Below, in pieces: positions 1-10,410 of a stretch of 20,000 nucleotides of DNA. The notes beneath the pieces were generated by a model. That model made no database searches. It was not told where the DNA came from and was given only the letters and a program-made list of their open reading frames with translations. This DNA is from Chiloscyllium plagiosum (lineage: Eukaryota), in assembly GCF_004010195.1 (NCBI RefSeq), contig NC_057718.1, positions 104,317,722-104,337,721 of the forward strand. The letters are read 5' to 3'. Each line of letters opens with the position of its first letter. Position 1 is the first letter of the stretch. The position numbers and the translations under genes were made by a program.

Positions 1-6
1 GTAAGT
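1..6 (+). other. Candidate U2-type 5' splice donor; window may begin at an intron start
   Basis: First six bases are the perfect consensus GTAAGT; the upstream exon is not visible. Confidence 0.55.
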
Positions 7-984
7 GTGGTACTTAATACCCTCCTCAAGGGCAGTTTGGTCTGAGGGGTGGGGGGCCTGCTTAGAGACACACCTTCATGGCTCTTGCTGCGAACACCCC
101 ATTGAGCTCACACCCTGTGACTCTACCCTGTAGACCCCCTTCCTGCTATCACTCATCAACAGCCTGGGATTCTGTGACAACCCTAGGGCTCACCAGGGCA
201 GTTGAGGTGGGGGGGGGCAATGTTGGCGGTGGTAGTGTAAGGGGGTGGGGTGGTGGTGGAGGGAGGGGGTGGGCAAGGGTATGCCCTTGACCCCGGGAAA
301 GGCAAGTCAAGCACCTGAGAGAGACACACCGTGTGCCAGCATCTTGAGAAGGAGCAACACAGGGCTCAGGCAACCCCTCAAAATTCCATTAAATAATCAC
401 TCTGAGACAACCTGTGGCTTCACCATTCCCCACCACACCCGCCCCCCCCCCCACTCCCTGCTCTTCCCTCAGAGCCAGAGGCTAGAACACTGGGGTAGCA
501 TGAAACTTGAAATAATTGTAACCTGTGCGGAGGAAGGTGGGGAACTCCAAAAGGACATTGCCAAGTTGGTGGAGTGGGAGAGTAGGTAGCAGATGTGGTT
601 TGATCCGGAGAAGGGGGAGGTGATGTAATTTGGGAGAAAGTAAACAGAAGAGGGACCTGGGGGTCTCTGTGCACAGAACATTGAAAGTGGCAGGAAGGTG
701 GAGAGAACAGCAAGTAAAGCTGAGAGTGTCCTTGGCTTTAGTAATCTTGGCCTAGAGTACAAGAGCAAGGATTGGGTAGGGTACTACGTATAGTTGTAAA
801 TGTCACATTGTAATAAAGATGTGAACACATTGGAGACAGGACAGGAACAATTTACAAGAATGGTCTATGGATGAGAACCCTCAGAAATGAGGATGGCTTG
901 AAGAGGGTGGGACTGTTCTACATGGAGAGGAGAAGGCTGATAGGAGATTTGATGGATGTTTCTGAAATCAGGAGTGGGATGGAC

Positions 985-1435
985 AGAGTCGTCATAGAGA
1001 TGTACAGCATCCCAACCCAATCTAGTCCCACCTGCCAGTACCAGGCCCATATCCCTCCAAACCCTTCCTATTCAAGATCCTGTTGTAATCTAAGGTAACC
1101 CTCTTCGCTGTCCACTGCATCTCCAATTTTGATGTCATCTGCAAACTTACTAATTATACCTCTTATGCTCACATCCAAATCATTTATATAAATGACGAAA
1201 AGTAATGGACCCAGCACCGATCCTTGTGGCACTCCACTGGTCACAGGCCTCCAGTCTGAAAAACACCACCACCCTCTGTCTTCTACCTTTGAGCCAGTTC
1301 TGTATTCAAATGGCTAGTTCTCCCTGTATTCCATGAGATCTAACCTTGCTAATCAGTCTCCCATGGGGAACCTTGTCGAACGCCTTACTGAAGTCCATAT
1401 AGATCACGTCCACCGCTCTGCCCTCATCAATCCTA
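985..1435 (-). mobile_element. Internally deleted CR1 LINE fragment inserted antisense in the older CR1
   Basis: tgtcatctgcaaactt (about 1133-1148) reads KFADD on the minus strand; gacccagcaccgatccttgtggcactcc reads [20 protein letters not shown] near 1370-1402; 3' tail gtcatagagatgtacagcat near 991-1010. Confidence 0.85.
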
Positions 1436-1569
1436 TAAGGAGACACTGTTCCTGCTTTGAAAGGATTAAAATAACAAGAAGATGTAAAGGTAAAGTGATG
1501 TGCAAATGTAGGAAGTGTGACATGAGGTAAAGCTTTCTTACCCAGCGAAAATACACTGTCTGGAAATCT

Positions 1570-2588
1570 GCCTATCGGACCAACAGATCCATATCACATG
1601 CCCTTTCATTCCTCCCTAGAACATCTTGACACCAAGAACAGCTACTTAAGAATCCTACTCATTGACTACAATTCAACCTTCAACACTATTATCCCCTCGA
1701 GACTGATTACTAAACTTAGTGATCTCGGACTAAGCCCCACTCTCTGCAACTGGATCCTCAGTTCCCTGACCCACAATCAGTGAAGATTGGGGACAATATT
1801 TCATCGTCACTAACACGCAACACTGGAGCCGCCCAGGGGTGTGTACTCAGCCCCCTACTGTACTCACTGTTTACCCATGACTGCATCGCCAAATACAAGA
1901 CTAATGCCATTTACAAGTTCACTAATGACATAGTCGGTCGAATCACAGGTGGCAAAGAAACAGTTTACAGATGGGATGTGGAAGACCTGGAAAAATGGTG
2001 CATTGAGAACAACCTAGCTCTCAACGCCGGCAAAACTAAGGAACTCATTATTGTCTTTCAGCAGGATGTTACTCATGCCCCGCTACACATTAACAGCACA
2101 GAGGTGGGATGAGTGGAGAGTGTCAAGCTCCTGGGAGCGGTCATCCACAACAAGCTTTCTTGGACTCTTCATGTGGACGCACTGGTTACAAAGGCCCAGC
2201 AACGTCTCTTCTTCCTCAGGCAGCTGGGGAGATTTGGCATGATGGTGAATACCCTCACCAACTTTTATAGGTGCGCCATCGAGAGCATTCTGTCTGGATG
2301 TATTACTACTTGGTATGGCAACTGTACCATTCAAGATCAGAGATGGTTACAGAGAGTGGTGAACTCGGCCCGGACGTTTCTACCCTACTGTTGTTAGAAT
2401 ACTGAATGGACTCTCAAACTCTTAACATTTGCCTGTACCTGTGTTTTTGTTTTTGCTGCTGTTTACCTGTTATTTACTTATCAATGTTACTTAACTCTGT
2501 GATCTGCCTGTATTGCTCACAAGACAAAGCTTTTCACTGTGTCTCGGTACACGTAACTTTAAAGTCAATTCAATTCAATTCAATTCAA
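1570..2588 (+). mobile_element. 5'-truncated Rex1/Babar-type LINE (RT pseudogene) with (TTCAA)n tail
   Basis: Frameshifted ORFs [79 protein letters not shown]; ends in tcaattcaattcaattcaattcaa. Confidence 0.85.
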
Positions 2589-2744
2589 ATGTGGGGAAGG
2601 CAGGTTCAATTGAGACATTCAAGAGGAGCATTGGATGATTATTTGGATAATGCTCAGGGATATGCGGAAAAGGTAGGAGATTGGCATAGAGTAATAGAAC
2701 CAGTGCAAGCTCAATGGGCTGAATGGCCTCCTTCTGTGTTTCAC

Positions 2745-2880
2745 GGGCTTGGGTTAAAGGGTTGGCCATTTTGGACTGAGATGCGGAGTCATTTCTTCAG
2801 TCAGTGGATGGTAAATCTTGAATTCCCCACACAGAGCACTCTGGAGGTTCAGTTAGTGTTCAATGGATTTTCGAGTACAG
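2745..2880 (+). mobile_element. Short CR1 3' ORF2 remnant
   Basis: LKGWPFWTEMRSHFFSQWMVNL resembles the CR1 motif FRTEMRRNFFSQRVVNLW. Confidence 0.6.
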
Positions 2881-3767
2881 GGGGTCCCTGATTCATGAGC
2901 ATCTGACTTCACGAAAACTTGTACAAACACAATCCCAAACAGAAATATAATTTTAAAGACCTGACATATGAACATTTCCTATACTTACAAGTGTCTTATT
3001 TGGTATTGTAATCCAACTGGAACACAAATTGATGGATAAGTGGACTCCGGAATGGAACCCATTCATAAGCCAGAGACTGCCTTTACTGAATGACATCTCC
3101 AATAGGGCGAGAGAGCAGGCTGCTGTCCAGGTTCTGCCCTCTGGTTGGGTATAACATTGCTGGTGGGGAACCTGCAGAAATAACTCCTCACTCATGGTCA
3201 TCAGCGGAGAGATTCAGCCTAATATTAAAGACACAATTTCCATTCCTGAAGTAGAACCTTGGTCAAAAGCAACTCTGCAGGTGAGCAGCAGTGACTTAAC
3301 AATGTCCCTCTGGAACTCAACAACACTAAGCTCCAATCTTTATTAACAATGATATCATGAGTTGCTGTTTGATTAGCTCTAGCTAGGGGTAATAGAGCTG
3401 TGCCTGACACATAGACAGTCATGGAATGATCATATCATTCAGCTTATAAAATGTAGCATGCATAAAGGATATGTTGAGAATCTCTGGAATATGGCACAGC
3501 AACCAACGTTTATGGTGTGTTTCAGTTTGAAATTGGAGCTCCATCAAATAATCAGAGAGAATCTCTCATCGGCCCAATACTTCCTCCTCTTTGGTCACAT
3601 TACAAGGTTCTCCTCCGGTTAATGCCCTCAAAGTGAAGTGGTCAGACTTCCGTCCCCTGGCATCTGGGCCTAACTAAGATCACCTCCAAAGTTCTGGTGA
3701 AGATGTATCGGCAAGAAATCCACTGGGCAATGACAGATTATACTGTACCGACATGACTGGAGAGATG

Positions 3768-3961
3768 TGTACTTGAAAATCTGAGGAGTAAGAGACTCGA
3801 TGTTTTGGGCATGAGCCCTTCATCAATCCCTTCCCCACATTCCTGATGAATGGCTTCCGCCTGAAACATTGACTCTCCTGCTCCTCGGATGCTGCCTGAC
3901 CTGCTGTGCTTTTCCAGCACCACACTCTGATCTCCAGCATCTGCAGTCCTCACTTTCTCCC
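3768..3961 (+). mobile_element. Fold-back Penelope-like pLTR insert with decayed hammerhead motif, nested in the Gypsy element
   Basis: TSD TGA(C/T)TGGAGAGATG at 3754-3767 and 3962-3975; inverted arms about 3779-3825 and 3844-3890; CTGATGA at 3843-3849 followed by ggc-ttcc-gcc then tGAAAcattga. Confidence 0.75.
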
Positions 3962-4165
3962 TGATTGGAGAGATGAGCCTTCCCTATTATTTTCTGAAAT
4001 GAATTTTTTAACTCAATTCCTAAAACTGTTTCTGGCCTCTTTGTAAAAAAAAGGTTCACCCAGTTCTGGTCAGTTTGAAATTAATTTCCCAACCTGGTGG
4101 TCCAGTCCAAGGAATCTCAGGACACCATTCACACAGTTTGGTTGTGGAAAGTTGCTGATAATTTC

Positions 4166-4185
4166 GGGGGGGGGGGGGGGGGGGG
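4166..4185 (+). repeat. Poly-G run (20 nt)
   Basis: Directly visible homopolymer inside the Gypsy remnant. Confidence 0.95.
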
Positions 4186-5244
4186 TTCTGAGGGGTAACC
4201 ATTGAACCTTTCTGATATATGATGGGTGCTAGGAATTTAATAGCAGCGTTCACACATCCATATTTCCCACTGAAGGTGAGACTTGCCTCTGGGAACACTT
4301 TCCTAACCTCATGGATGCTGTGGTCACACTCCTGGCTTGTAACACCATGACTATCCACATCACACATTCCCTTCCAGAAAGATTGATACAGTCCTCTTGA
4401 ATATCTCTGGAGCAGTTGAAATGCCACAAGGAAGGTATTTTTGAAGCTGGTTGACCTGAAAAGTTGTTAACAGGCTCCTGGTCAAAACCCACCACTAATG
4501 ACATGCTTTGTGACGTAGGTTGGTTTTGCTAAATGGTCATCCACTCAGTGTGGTTGGATTTCCAAATGGGTTTATGGATGCTATTGAGTCGGGTCCTACG
4601 TGGAGCATGGTGCACCATTTGTCCCAGGAACCACTACGAGCCCTAACCACCCCCCTCAACGATGACATCTTCTTAGACAGCATCCGGCAGTGGCTGCTTC
4701 TGGGAGTGTATGGAAATATGGGGTTAGCTTTTTAAACAATCTCACGTGATGTTCACTTTTGAGTCTCCCAAGACCCTGAAAGAGCTGTGGGAATTCTTGG
4801 CAGAATGTTATGCCATTTCCCTGCTCCCGGTGCTTATCTGCATTTCTCAGAAGCCAGTTGTATCCTTGTATTTCTGCTCAATAGAATGGTGACATGACTG
4901 CTCAACATGGAGACAGTCTCAGTAGTCTCTTTCCTCTTGTGTCTGGCTGTATGAGCAATGTGAAGGTTTGCGTCTCCTTCAATTCTGGACGGCTGAACGT
5001 TTAATTCTTCGCTTCATTCCAAATGGTCACATAGGACCCATGACACCTGCACTGGAGGAAAGATCCATTTCAGCTCTGAAGCCTTGAAGTAGCTGACCAA
5101 ATGCTTGTTCTTGATTCTGCACTCTCGTGGGGGATCTGTCTCCTCCTGCATTGCCTGTTTCTCAGAGATATTCTCGTGCTTTCTTCATTTTGTTGCATAT
5201 TTAGATTTGCAGAGGTTGCCCTGTCTTCCTGCGGTGCAGACATC

Positions 5245-5260
5245 CAGCGCCCCCTGCTGC
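5245..5260 (-). promoter_or_regulatory. Candidate CTCF core motif
   Basis: Minus strand GCAGCAGGGGGCGCTG closely matches the CTCF core CCASYAGRKGGCRS. Confidence 0.4.
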
Positions 5261-6000
5261 TTGATCTGTCGATAGCAGCAATTTATGATTAAACTGGCAT
5301 CACTTTCACTTGTTACCATTTGTTTGTGGTTTGGGTTCCAGTTTGAATCAGATTTAGTCGGCTCTGTGGGTTACTTGTGGCTTGGTGTATATTACAGCGA
5401 TTTCCTCTACCTAAGAATGACTACTGTATGGGCACAGTCAGTTTCTGCAAAACTCAGTTTTTGACACTACAATAAACATTATAGTGTAGAATCTAAAAAC
5501 TGCCCCTTCTCTCTACTCAGGACTGTTCCATCACTACATACACTATTTCCACATTACTCTACAAATATACTTTTCACTTCAGAGCATGTCTTGGTTGAAT
5601 TTAAGATCACAAACTCAGGGAAACTAATCTTACATCACAACTGGATCCTTTCTGAGCCTCTCCTGTAATTCAGTGGGATCCCAGCTGCTGCTCACACTGG
5701 ACAATGGAGGTCATGAATTGAATACGCCTCTATAGACCATAAGTTTCATTTTTGTAAATTTGATACCATGGTAGTTAATTATTTAATATAATTTACAAAA
5801 TGCTGCCAATGTAATTAAAATATTTAAAGTTTATCATACAAAAAAAAACATTTTGAAACATCTTCCTGTAAACAGCAAGTAAGATTCAACTCTTATTTTC
5901 CCCAACAGTATCCTTTACAGGTACTCAACCCCAGTGAATTAACATTCATATCTTCATTTCACAATTTCTTACTCAATTGTTTAGGCCATAAGTATTTCCT

Positions 6001-6215
6001 GGGTCTAGACTAGAGTGGTGCTGGAAAAGCACAGCCAGTCAGGCAGCATCCGAGGAGCAGGAAAATCAACGTTCCGGGCAAAAGCCCTTCATCAGGAAGA
6101 GCTTTTGCTCAAAACGTCGATTTTCCTGCTCCTCGGATGCTGCCTGGCCGGCTTTGCTTTTCCAGCACCATTCTAGTCTAGACTCTGATTTCCAGCATCT
6201 GCAGTCCTCACTTTT
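6001..6215 (+). mobile_element. Fold-back Penelope-like pLTR insert with decayed hammerhead motif
   Basis: TSD GCCA(T/C)AAGTATTTCCT at 5985-6000 and 6216-6231; arms about 6003-6090 and 6096-6183 with a 5-nt loop; minus strand reads ttcCTGATGAagggcttttgcccGGAAcgttga. Confidence 0.85.
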
Positions 6216-7363
6216 GCCACAAGTATTTCCTCTCAGCCGTTCAGCAGATTTGATTGTCTCTGTTTCTTACGGAAATACACAGACACGAGCTAACTCACTG
6301 AGCTTTCCTCACAGAAAAGCTATGGACCTGTTCTGGTAATGTCTACTTGCACTGCTAAAAAAAGCTTTAGCCTTCTTTTCAGCTCTGATGAACTGGGGAT
6401 GACCAAAATCAAACTTCCTTTCTGCTGGATTGGATCTTTACCTGCTTCGGAATGGAATCTACTTATGGCCATTGGCTTCTCTTTCTGCTGGCTATGAGGG
6501 GTAGCTTTTGAATGACAGGCCTGCTGAGGTAGATGTCAAAGATCCCTCAACACTACTTGGGAAGGAGAATGGAATCCTCCCTTGGTGTCCAGTGTCACAT
6601 TTCACTGGAATGGTACACTGGGAATTGAGCCCTGCTATTTCTGGAGTAACAGACATGTTGGTTGAAGGGCCTGTCCTTGTGTTGCACTGTTCTATGTTCT
6701 ATGCATTAAGTTATGCAAAATTCCCCAATGTCCCAGTTTTTAGACGCAAATTGTAAGGAAGTATGGACCAGATCTCTGCCATTAACAAGAATTAACAATA
6801 AATAGAAACTAACTATAGGTGAACAATTAGGTCAACATATAACGCTACTAGTTTTAATTCTAACCCCCTTATAGAACTCTCCCTATGCATGCATGCTGAC
6901 AAACACAAAAACAGGGAAGGCTGTTAAATGGTCCCCACAGGATTCACTGAGATAATCCCTTTGGCTTGTCAGAACTTGCCACTCCTCAATACTTTTACTT
7001 GACCGCAGGAAGGACAGAGCAACTGTTCGTAACTCATAAAGTCTGCTTTATTTGTTACAAGCAACAGCGTGCAGCAACTGGAGAGGGAAAATAAAGTGGC
7101 TTTCATTAGGCTTTAGAGTGTTTTTTTTTACACTACCTTCCTATCCAGAGATCTCATGGATTCTTACTAATTATTCAGACCCACAAGGTGTTCAGCTGCC
7201 AGCCAGCCAATCACATAGTTGTTATCAGGCAGAAGGCCATGGCCATTGGTCATCATTCTACTGACCAATCAGCTACTTGTTGTCATTGGAATTGCATTCA
7301 GTTCATCCGCAACTAACCTTCCCCTCACTGGTTGACCAAGTAACAGTGTGACCAGCAATTACA

Positions 7364-7577
7364 ATGATAAAAATAGGAATTGCTGAAAAAGCTCAGCAGG
7401 TCTGGCAGCATCTGTGAAGAGTAATCAGATTTAACTTGGTTCTGAGGAAGGGCCAGCCGACCCGAAATATTAACTCTGATTTCTCTCCCACGGATGCTGC
7501 CAGACCTGCTGAGTTTTTCCAGCAATTTCTGTTTTTGCTTCTGATTTCCAGCATCTGCAGTTCTTTTAGTTTTAATT
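7364..7577 (+). mobile_element. Fold-back Penelope-like pLTR insert, second family, with hammerhead motif in the loop
   Basis: TSD CAGCA(A/G)TTACA at 7353-7363 and 7578-7588; arms about 7369-7434 and 7470-7536; gtt-CTGAGGA(7442-7448)-a-ggg...ccc-GAAA(7464-7467)-tatt-aac. Confidence 0.8.
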
Positions 7578-7737
7578 CAGCAGTTACAGGGTTTGGATGA
7601 CTTGGTTTTAAGAACTGCTGCAATCCCTGCCACAATCCTTTGCTTTTAAATCAGTCCTTTTCCCAGTTCAGTGAACAAGCAAAAATACAGACAAATACAC
7701 CAGGATTAATACTTATCCCATAAGACAACATCACAAA

Positions 7738-7865
7738 AGAATCTTGCTGTTTGCTGTGCACAAATTGGTTGCTGCTTTTCTTGTACAACACTGACTACAT
7801 TGTAAAAGGATTTCACTGGCACTTTGAGGCAGTCAGGGGTGGAGAAAGGCTGTATATAAATGCAC
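7738..7865 (+). mobile_element. DeuSINE (SacSINE1/AmnSINE1-like) Deu domain and 3' tail fragment
   Basis: ttgctgtgcacaaattggttgctgc...acaacactgactaca...aaaggctgtatataaatgca matches the recalled Deu domain and tail. Confidence 0.7.
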
Positions 7866-7939
7866 CATATTTTTTATTGTTCTCCCACAGGGGAGTTAAT
7901 TCTAATATCTTATTCAGCAGTGCTTTAGAATATCACTTC

Positions 7940-8489
7940 TGTTGTGACACAAAACCAAACACCATCTTTAAACCTTGGGTTTTCTTTTAATGTCAGAACA
8001 ATAGAAGCAGCCTGAATGTGTGGGGTCACAGAACCCAGATTTTTAGTTTTAGCTTTCAGCAGTTGCTGGGTCTTGAAGCTGGATGTGGAAGCTCTTATTC
8101 CTCTCTCTGTTACAGCTAAAAGCTGGGATTCTCTTCCTGCTGCTAGACTCACATGTGAGTCAATCTGTCTTACTGAATTCACCTTTGCCAGCGGTGTGTT
8201 TATGAGATGTCACAGTATTGGAACAGTTCAGTAGTGGTGGTTTATATATTGTTTTGTTAAGCATTTCAATAGACTTACAATTAAACCTATTCCTTTCTTT
8301 TATCCTTATTTTGTCTATATTTTAACTATAGTGTAAAAATAAAAGGTGTTTTGCTTAAAGTCAAGTAGTTTGGCCAATCAAATTGCATCTGGAATGCAAC
8401 ATCTTACACTTACCTTTAAAATAAGAAAAGGTTAGGGTCTAGACTATCCTCTTCATATAATTTGAGGGAGTTTGGTCAGGTCCATAACA
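7940..8489 (+). mobile_element. Possible solo LTR
   Basis: TGTTGTG...CATAACA termini (TG...CA with short imperfect inverted repeat), AATAAA at 8338-8343; no TSD found. Confidence 0.4.
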
Positions 8490-9880
8490 CCATGACCTTA
8501 TCGAATGATAGAACAGGTGTGAAGGGCTGAATGGCCTACTTTTGTTCCTAAGCCCATTGTTTCCATGAATGAATTTTGCCTCTTGTACAGATTTCTTTTT
8601 GTGTGAGTGAGGGGAGGGTGGAAGTGGAGGTTGCAAGTGACAGAGGCAATCCCGGAAGAGAGGGGGGGTGAGGGAAGGAGGCTTCAAGGTGAATGGGCAA
8701 ATCTGCAAGAGGGAGGGTTAGAGGAAGATGCTACAGGAGGATGCAAAAAGGTCTATGGGGAGAGGTTACAAGAAAGGGGGTAGCTGAAAGAGGAGAGAAG
8801 GAGAACAAATTATCAGCGGCTACAGAAGTGCACCCTCAAGAAGAACTTGTAGGAGGCAAGGGGAGAAAATTGCCCCAAAAGAAAACCCGAACAATTCTTC
8901 CCTACTGTCTTTTTAAATCTGAATAAAGCCAAAGCCTGGTTGCTCTGCCAAAGGGCTAGCACAGAACCAATGGGCCAAAAGGTCACCTTCTGTTCTGTAT
9001 GTTACTGCTGTACAAAGTCAAAGGGTGAAGTAACTACATCTTACCAATGTTCTCCTTTCAGTCAGACCTCAGAAAATCAGTACTTAATCAATATTTAAAT
9101 TTTGTAATGATGCATTTGTAATTAAATTAAAAATACAAAAAGATTGAAAGATGAATAAATGCACGTCAGAAAGGATTATATTTAAAATGCTGCATCTATT
9201 CATTGCATCAATTCCAAAACCCCTGTTTTCTTTGTTTGTCAGGCAATTTTTAAGCAGGTACAACCTCCACAATTAACGAAATTGCCTTCCAGGCTGGTAG
9301 AAAGCATTCATTTTTGTCAAGGCAAATTCTGTAATTGGTCTTTAAAATGAGTAGCGAGTGATTGTCTTGGAGGCGGGGATGTTACAGCTTTGCCTCCTTA
9401 GAAAATAAAGCAACGCCACCCAGGAAGTCAATTACTCTCTTACTGAAAAGCAGCCCATTGCAGAAATAACCCACCTCAACTGAGGAGAAATGGCAAGCCA
9501 TAACCCAGTGCACAGAGCTGCTTAAACATTCCTCTCGACATGTAAGCAATTCACTACATGCCACACATGTCCCGGAATGTGTTCACAAAGCAACAACATC
9601 AACAATGGCTTGTGTTCTCTCCTTCACAATCTAAATGTTGATTCTCAAAGGCACATGCAGTGTACATGCCCTGCACATTCCAACATGCCCGGCCCCATTA
9701 CACACAAAGGGGAATTCTACACCAGTAGGCACCTGTGTGGCTAAGGCAGAACACTGTAATTAAAGTAAAGGTGCATTGATATGTTTCTAGCTGGTGTTGC
9801 AGTCCTATCCCAGGAATTTAGTTATAATAATGTCCCATCTGTACCTCTTGAACACTCCAACACAGTCCCTAGTCTGAGCA

Positions 9881-10072
9881 TGATGTGGAGATGCAGTGTT
9901 GGACCGGATGGACAAGGTCAGAAATCACACAATTACCAGGTTATAGTCCAACAGGTTTATTTGAAATCACAAGCTTTCGGAGCGCTGGCCCTTTCTCAGG
10001 TTTTACCTGATGAAGTTCGTGATTTCAAGTGAACCTGTTGAACTATAACCTGGTGTCGTCTGAATCCTGACC
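9881..10072 (-). mobile_element. Fold-back Penelope-like pLTR insert, third unrelated family, with decayed hammerhead motifs
   Basis: TSD AGTCTGAG(C/T)A at 9871-9880 and 10073-10082; arms about 9916-10001 and 10005-10072; minus strand CTGAgaaagggccagcgctccGAAAgcttgtg; the + arm has CTGATGA at 10007-10013 with stem II deleted. Confidence 0.8.
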
Positions 10073-10203
10073 AGTCTGAGTAAACTAACTCTATCCCCTT
10101 AATCACAGCAACCCCACTTCAAGGTAGGCAACCTCCACCGATTACAATCAGTGACAGAATCACACAGGGTTTGTGGCACAGAAAGAGGCCATTTCACCCA
10201 TCA

Positions 10204-10410
10204 TGTGTGTGTGTGAGAGAGAGAGAGACTGTATCTCTGTGTGTGTGAGAGAGAGAGACTGTGTCTGTGTGTGTGTGAGAGAGAGAGACTGTATCTCTGT
10301 GTGTGTGAGAGAGAGAGACTGTGTCTGTGTGTGAGAGATAGAGACTGTATCTCTGTGTGTGTGAGAGAGAGAGACTGTGTCTGTGTGTGCGTGCGTGAGT
10401 GTGCGTGTGT
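10204..10410. repeat. Compound (TG)n(AG)n repeat with 30-bp units forming a 60-bp higher-order dimer
   Basis: Alternating gactgtatctctgtgtgtgtgagagagaga and gactgtgtctgtgtgtgtgtgagagagaga units. Confidence 0.9.

Larger units (their letters stand above)
500..2740 (+). mobile_element. Decayed CR1 LINE 3' portion, split by two nested insertions (pieces about 500-984, 1436-1569, 2589-2740)
   Basis: VTCAEEGGELQKDIAKLVEWESR*QMWFDPEKGEVM resembles the CR1 ORF2 C-terminal LQxDIDxLxxWAxxWQMxFNxxKCEVM; later pieces continue ORF2 and end in a CR1-type tail (atgggctgaatggcctccttctgtg). Confidence 0.75.
2990..5290 (-). mobile_element. Highly decayed Ty3/Gypsy LTR retrotransposon internal region (RT-RNase H, possibly integrase start); ends approximate
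   Basis: Manual minus-strand translation: EFPQLFQGLGRLKSEHHVRL (about 4738-4796), PCGISTAPEIFKRTVSIFLEG (about 4370-4431), HGVTSQECDHSIHEV...IKFLAPII, LRFLGLDHQVGKLI (about 4080-4122), SPVMSVQYNLSLPSGFLADTSS (RNase H ADASS-like), YLMELQFQTETHHK (ETDHKPL-like). Confidence 0.75.

Noticed and set aside
5861..5920. U12-type donor-like GTATCCTTT (5908-5916) with nearby AG/GT microexon-like signals
   Set aside because: A 9-mer can occur by chance in 20 kb; no convincing exon or branch point; needs RNA-seq.
6001..6215. Classification of the fold-back inserts as MITEs
   Set aside because: Asymmetric tail, variable 10-16 bp TSDs and variable centres fit retrotransposition by PLE machinery better than cut-and-paste TIR elements.
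6752..7670. Possible second solo LTR around the 7364 insert
   Set aside because: Termini and TSD could not be defined by eye.
10204..10410. CRISPR-like periodicity and repetitive ORFs (HTDTVSLS, CVCERER)
   Set aside because: No unique spacers; simple eukaryotic tandem repeat.
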